Of a stretch of DNA of 33,398 nt, positions 28,668-33,398 are shown piece after piece. Where the stretch lies: the NCBI GenBank assembly GCA_964473825.1, contig CAYYQL010000009.1, positions 1 to 33,398 on the forward strand. The letters run 5' to 3'. The stretch comes from an uncultured archaeon. GTDB lineage: Archaea > Asgardarchaeota > Thorarchaeia > Thorarchaeales > Thorarchaeaceae. Numbering within the stretch: the first letter of the stretch is position 1; every line of letters starts with the position of its first letter. Position numbers and translations under genes: made by a program. The notes beneath the pieces are model-generated. The model was not told the origin of the DNA and ran no database searches. It was given only the letters and a program-made list of their open reading frames with translations.

Positions 28668-30665
28668 CTAGATATTCTTCCGACTGCGAATGGCAAGCAC
28701 GGTTACTGCGCCAATGACCCCCAGAGATGACAGGGTGATTACCATACCCAAATCCGCAGGTATAAAGAATAGACCATCGTCTGAAGAGGCATCCGTGAAG
28801 GTATATGCAGCAATTACTACCTTCTCTGAATCAGAGATGTCAGTAGTTTCCACAACATATGCCAGACCATTAGTACCAACCGTGAACAAGAGCGGTGTGT
28901 TCCAGCATTCTTCATGAGTCCGATCCAGTATCTCAGCCCCAACTTGGCTAAGCTCGTGGTCAAATCTCAGGAGGCGATGGTATGGCCACAACCTATCTCC
29001 TCTAGCCAGAAACGCAACAGAACCATCAGGTGCTTCATCAATTGCCATATCCCGCCAAGACATAACGTACAAGCCCCTGTACATCAAGTTCGCTACGACA
29101 GAAGTGGATACGACCGACCCGTCAGAACCAATCTCGTGAATCTCGATAGTCGGCGAGTCAGACGAATTGACAGTCTTTGTGATCGCATAGACTCCACCAT
29201 CACTCCGTTCGGATATGGTTCTGTAGGCATCTTGGGTACTCCATAACATACCACCCGACATATCCAGCTTGACTATCACGGGGGCGGTCTGGTTCCCGAA
29301 TCTACACAAGACATAAAGGCCATCTCCATGGTTGACCTTAAGCGCTACGGGAAAAATGTGAGGACCCAATATTATGTCGCGGTTCCATAAGAGATCACCG
29401 TCAGCTGTCCATTTCTGAAGGGTTGCTGTAGTATAGGGCGTGCCCGTACCGTTGTGAATTAATAGCTCGGAGATACTGTAAATCTCATCATCATTGCCAA
29501 TATCTATGTCAACTGCACGCCATTGTCCAGATGTTGGAGGAATGTGATTCAAGCCCCACTCAAGAGACCCTCCGGCATTCCACTTCATAATGAGTAGACG
29601 TCCCCCAGAATCTAGACGGGTGCCAATCAAGTAGAGGTTTCCCGCGGAGTCGCACACGATTCCAGCAGCTCTCGAATCTCCGTAGTCGGACTCGTCTGTT
29701 CTCCAGTTCTGGATGCAGTCTGAGCGGAACCTCATCACAGACAATGATGAATTACCTGTGTCCGAGTTTCTAAAATCACTGGCAACATAGAATTCCCCAG
29801 TGGGGCTTCTTGCTATGTCTCGCAGACGGTAGTTGTCTTCTTGAATAGCAATAAACTCACTATACACTGGCAACTCACGCTCCAGGTTCTCCCCCAGATC
29901 CCCGATAACAATGAGATCCAAATAGTCTACGAGAAGAGAAACAGTTCCGTCATAATACTCCCAAGGATAGGCATCGCCATACGACTGAAAATGCGATGTT
30001 GGTGCTAGTCCAACAGCAATCTGGAAAGTATCAGTGGGATCTTCCTGATGCCCTGCGTCGTCTTGAACCATTCCACCCCAGACTTCTAATCTATCAAAGT
30101 AGCTGAAACTTATCTCTCGAAGCGTTAGAGAGTCTTTGTAGGGTGGAGAAGACTGGTAGACCATTATCCAGTTGTTGGATGAGTCGATTAACCAGACATA
30201 CGCCTTGAACATGAAATCAGCCCCTTCAGCAACTGCAAAGGTACCCGTTGTCGCTATCGAAAAACTAATCCGGACATAGGCATTCTTCGGCATCTTTTCA
30301 TAAGGCCAATCAAGGTCATATGAGAAATAAACGAAATCTTTGCAGTCGGGCTTCTCAGGATCAGGTGAAAAATTGAAATCTAGTTCTGTGCCTGCCTCAT
30401 GCGTCCAGTTGCACATAACAAGACCGTCACCGTCAGAATGAACGACGTGTTCATGCGTGAAATCACCTGAATCCCCCTCTACGAAAAAGTCTGGAGCCAA
30501 GCCGAGATTCGGCGAGTCCATCCAAGGGTTTGGTAACAAATCAGCAGTAGCAAAGTGCTGGTGCGTAGGACATGGTAGCTGGACCGGATAGAAGACACAA
30601 GTAGAAGTCAACATGAGAGAAAGAATCAACATTGACAGCAAGAAGACCTTACTGGCTGGCTTCAC
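28668..30665 (-). CDS. Large exported protein with beta-propeller-like repeats and C-terminal TM anchor
   Basis: Signal peptide, repeats such as DSAGNLYLIG, KWNAGGSLEW, KWTADGDLLW and KLDMSGGMLW, and C-terminal TM helix plus RSRK. Confidence 0.8.
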   Translation of the reverse strand: MKPASKVFLLSMLILSLMLTSTCVFYPVQLPCPTHQHFATADLLPNPWMDSPNLGLAPDFFVEGDSGDFTHEHVVHSDGDGLVMCNWTHEAGTELDFNFSPDPEKPDCKDFVYFSYDLDWPYEKMPKNAYVRISFSIATTGTFAVAEGADFMFKAYVWLIDSSNNWIMVYQSSPPYKDSLTLREISFSYFDRLEVWGGMVQDDAGHQEDPTDTFQIAVGLAPTSHFQSYGDAYPWEYYDGTVSLLVDYLDLIVIGDLGENLERELPVYSEFIAIQEDNYRLRDIARSPTGEFYVASDFRNSDTGNSSLSVMRFRSDCIQNWRTDESDYGDSRAAGIVCDSAGNLYLIGTRLDSGGRLLIMKWNAGGSLEWGLNHIPPTSGQWRAVDIDIGNDDEIYSISELLIHNGTGTPYTTATLQKWTADGDLLWNRDIILGPHIFPVALKVNHGDGLYVLCRFGNQTAPVIVKLDMSGGMLWSTQDAYRTISERSDGGVYAITKTVNSSDSPTIEIHEIGSDGSVVSTSVVANLMYRGLYVMSWRDMAIDEAPDGSVAFLARGDRLWPYHRLLRFDHELSQVGAEILDRTHEECWNTPLLFTVGTNGLAYVVETTDISDSEKVVIAAYTFTDASSDDGLFFIPADLGMVITLSSLGVIGAVTVLAIRSRKNI

Positions 30666-30859
30666 CTAAACAACCTCCTAACAGACCATATATCATGTCA
30701 CCTTTCTAAAAAAGGTTGCTGTAACAAAAGAAGCAGCGTATTCACACTTCGAATAAAGCCATAGCATTGAATAGTCTCTGAGGTAGCGCGAGTGAGCCTA
30801 GATACCGACCAAGAAGAAAGGAAACCAACTCCACATCTTATCAATATCTTGCGATTCTC

Positions 30860-31606
30860 TCATCTAATCAGGGAACTAAGAGTATGCACAATCTCATCAA
30901 CCGCTTGTATTGCCTCAATCCTGCCATCCCCGATATAAGGCGCAACCGCGACTGTGTATGCTCCGGTGCCCATCAACTGCACATCATAGCCAAAGACCTG
31001 AAGGGTGGTGGGAATCATCTCTGGTTCTAAGTGAAGGGTTTCATCAAGAATCTCTGTTCTGATGTGAGATAGATGGTCCTTGGGTATGTTGCCCCGAATC
31101 ATCTCTCCAAGCACATTCAGTACCCCCACGTACGCGACCTCATAACACTCCAGAATCCGATCTATGGCATCCTGTAGCTTCGCTTCAATCTGCGGATTTG
31201 TCATGAGAACGTCCATGGAAGCATAGTTCCTCATCAACGATTCAAATCCGTCAACCTCTCCGAGGTCGCCCGACCATGATGCTATTGTCGATCCATAATG
31301 ACGAGCAATATCCCGACCGATGGATAGAACCATCTTCTTCAGCGTCGTTTCATCGTCATGAGTCCTTGATTCTAGAACCACAGCAAAACGTTCGAAGAAA
31401 GCGTAGACCCAGAGTGTACCATCTTGAATGAGACTATAGGACCTGTCCCGATCGGTACTCGCAGAGGAGTGCAGGAGCATCGCACAGGCGCATACATGGA
31501 AAGGAATTGACTCTGTACCTGCATTTTCGCCCTCTATGAAAGACCGCCCATAGATTTGGTCCCCATCGTCCTTCAACACGTAGGCACGGTCCATCACTTG
31601 GTCCAC
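30860..31606 (-). CDS. Putative longin + roadblock/profilin-like two-domain protein
   Basis: N-terminal RAYVLKDDGDQIYGRSF..YGSTIASWSGDLGEVDGF (longin-like pattern). C-terminal AIDRILECYEVAYVGVLNVLGEMIRG..TVAV..AVDEIVHTL (roadblock-like order of helices and strands). Confidence 0.6.
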   Translation of the reverse strand: MDQVMDRAYVLKDDGDQIYGRSFIEGENAGTESIPFHVCACAMLLHSSASTDRDRSYSLIQDGTLWVYAFFERFAVVLESRTHDDETTLKKMVLSIGRDIARHYGSTIASWSGDLGEVDGFESLMRNYASMDVLMTNPQIEAKLQDAIDRILECYEVAYVGVLNVLGEMIRGNIPKDHLSHIRTEILDETLHLEPEMIPTTLQVFGYDVQLMGTGAYTVAVAPYIGDGRIEAIQAVDEIVHTLSSLIR

Positions 31607-31713
31607 CCTGCCGAAAAACTGGTTCCTCCAATCATAAGGATTGTCTGTTGATACTCTCCTCCCGATTCACTGGGTTTTTATTCCGATGATTGCCTAGCAT
31701 GCAGTGAACGGCG

Positions 31714-32028
31714 ATGCCCCCACGAAAGAAGAAGGAGAGCCCATTTCAGAAGCGTACACGGTACGACATCTACGCTGAGGTCATACGGGTCATCACAATC
31801 TACGGATATGCCCCCCTGACTAGGACAGCCAGATCGACCAATATGCCTGTTGACAGGGCGAAGGAAACCATAGAGTACATGGTTGAGAGAGGGCTTCTGG
31901 AAGAGGAGGAAGAGGACGGCCACACCCTGTACTATGTGACTGTCAGGGGACATCAGTATCTGGAGTTATACAAACGAATTGCAGGTCTTGTCGGTATCCC
32001 CATGCCGGATCCAATTATTGGCATGTAG
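31714..32028 (+). CDS. Winged-helix transcriptional regulator (HTH_45/COG3432-like)
   Basis: KRTRYDIYAEVI, LTRTARSTNM, MVERGLL and YYVTVRGHQYL. Confidence 0.85.
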   Translation: MPPRKKKESPFQKRTRYDIYAEVIRVITIYGYAPLTRTARSTNMPVDRAKETIEYMVERGLLEEEEEDGHTLYYVTVRGHQYLELYKRIAGLVGIPMPDPIIGM

Positions 32029-32044
32029 AGGCCATTTCGCGATA

Positions 32045-32085
32045 GTCACAAATTGTGACCTTCTATTGTGAATCCGCTTTATATA
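32045..32085 (+). promoter_or_regulatory. Palindromic operator and TATA box
   Basis: GTCACAA-A-TTGTGAC (32045-32059) and TTTATATA (32078-32085), upstream of ATG 32142. Confidence 0.6.
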
Positions 32086-32141
32086 CACAGACTTGAATCT
32101 TGATAGTGAAGAACACCAGACCGACACGGAGCTCGGTAACC

Positions 32142-33386
32142 ATGGCTGAGAAACAGAAATTCGAAAAGCAAGAACGCGTCGAACTTGGAACATTCGAGGG
32201 AGACGTAGAAATCAAAAACTGCCAATACTTGGTCCCTCAACAGGGAAACACCATTGTGATTGGGGGTACATTGAGAATAGATGGGGACACAACCATTGAG
32301 GGCTCATTGAAAGCCCACGCCCTTGAGGCCAAGACGAGAGACAGCATCATCATCGAAGGGGATCTTGAGGTCGAAACAATCGCAAAGGTGGAGAAGGGAA
32401 GCCTTGAGGTTCGCGGGTCTGTGAAAGCAAAGCAGGTCGAGGCTGATGGTTCACTGTCGATAGACCAGGACCTGATGTGCAATGCTGCTAAGGGCGGCGG
32501 TTCTCTAAGAGTCGGCGGGAATGCAGTTGCTCAGAGACTGATGGGCGGCGGCTCTGTCAGAGTTGAAGGTGATGCGAAGGCAGAACGGATCAATGCAGGC
32601 GGGTCTGTCAAGGTAGGAGGCAGAATTGACACAGACGAGCTTCGTGTTGGGGGCTCAGGCAAATGTGCCACAGGAAGAATCGGAAAAGTCGAAATTGGTG
32701 GAAGCTTCAAGGCTACTGGTGCAGTTGAGGTAGACGAGATTGATGTGGGTGGTTCTGCAGTAGTCGGTCCAGGATCGAAAGTTGCCGATGTTGATGTCGG
32801 CGGATCGTTCAAGTCCACCGGCGGAATCGCCTTCGGAACCATTGATGTAGGTGGAGCTGTGAAGCTTGGCGGCGACTCCAAGGGCGCTTTCGTTGATGTC
32901 GGTGGTGCATTGAAAGTAGAGGGGTCACTGGAATCTATTGATGGCTTTGATGTGGGGGGAAAGGCGGTCATTCAGGGCAAACTGATGTCGAGCGATACAA
33001 TAAAGGTAGGTGGAACTCTCGTCGTGGATGAGGAGATCGAAACCTATCGTATTGCAGTTGGAGGACGGGTGGAGGCCAAACGGATCAATGCCTCTGATGG
33101 CTTCAGAATCGGTAAGCGAGGCGAGGTCAAAGGTCCGGTTCGGTCACGAGAGATACTGGTCAGAGAGCGTGCACGAACTGATGATCTATACGGCGAGGAC
33201 ATTAGGATTGAAGAGAGGGCAAGGGTTGGCTCGGTCTATGGAAAGGATGTCTATATCGAACGTGATGCAATCGTCGAGGGCGAACTGCTCTACACGAACT
33301 CGCTTGATGTTGAAGAGGGTGCGAATCTTCGGAAAGACAGCAAGAAGGTTGACCAGCTGCCAGACGCAGATGACGTACTAGAGTAG
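32142..33386 (+). CDS. Polymer-forming cytoskeletal (bactofilin-like) beta-helix repeat protein
   Basis: Many 16-18 aa repeats of the form (I/V)DVGGSxKxxGx(I/V) along nearly the whole length. Confidence 0.8.
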   Translation: MAEKQKFEKQERVELGTFEGDVEIKNCQYLVPQQGNTIVIGGTLRIDGDTTIEGSLKAHALEAKTRDSIIIEGDLEVETIAKVEKGSLEVRGSVKAKQVEADGSLSIDQDLMCNAAKGGGSLRVGGNAVAQRLMGGGSVRVEGDAKAERINAGGSVKVGGRIDTDELRVGGSGKCATGRIGKVEIGGSFKATGAVEVDEIDVGGSAVVGPGSKVADVDVGGSFKSTGGIAFGTIDVGGAVKLGGDSKGAFVDVGGALKVEGSLESIDGFDVGGKAVIQGKLMSSDTIKVGGTLVVDEEIETYRIAVGGRVEAKRINASDGFRIGKRGEVKGPVRSREILVRERARTDDLYGEDIRIEERARVGSVYGKDVYIERDAIVEGELLYTNSLDVEEGANLRKDSKKVDQLPDADDVLE

Positions 33387-33398
33387 AATGACTGCACT

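Noticed and set aside
9903-33381. Long antisense or alternate-frame ORFs (e.g. 9903..10466, 23664..24404, 27277..28083, 32531..32971)
   Set aside because: They are shadows of well-supported genes and have no motifs of their own.
1-33398. CRISPR array, rRNA, tRNA, transposase, integrase or reverse transcriptase
   Set aside because: No regularly spaced repeats or diagnostic motifs were seen.

Overview
Archaeal chromosomal segment, most consistent with an Asgard archaeon (Thorarchaeia-like). This is an inference from a longin+roadblock-like protein, archaeal BRE/TATA promoters, GGAGG/GGTGA ribosome-binding sites and frequent TTG/GTG starts. The core is B12-dependent acyl-CoA metabolism: an mcm small subunit-meaB-mcm large subunit-mce operon, a second orphan mutase large subunit with isobutyryl-CoA mutase signature residues next to cobO/btuR, a family I CoA-transferase pair, birA, threonine aldolase, and an FAD oxidoreductase paired with a CCG-domain Fe-S protein. 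The left end has a free-standing double-motif LAGLIDADG protein. Its HTH-repeat N-terminus continues upstream through three in-frame TGA codons and a frameshift, next to a cryptic frameshifted histidine kinase remnant that the ORF track misses. The best candidate for something undescribed is a nested-helix structured RNA of about 160-290 nt in the 16333-16641 intergenic gap that I cannot assign to a known family. No rRNA, tRNA, CRISPR array or intact transposase was recognised. All calls are by eye, with no database searches.
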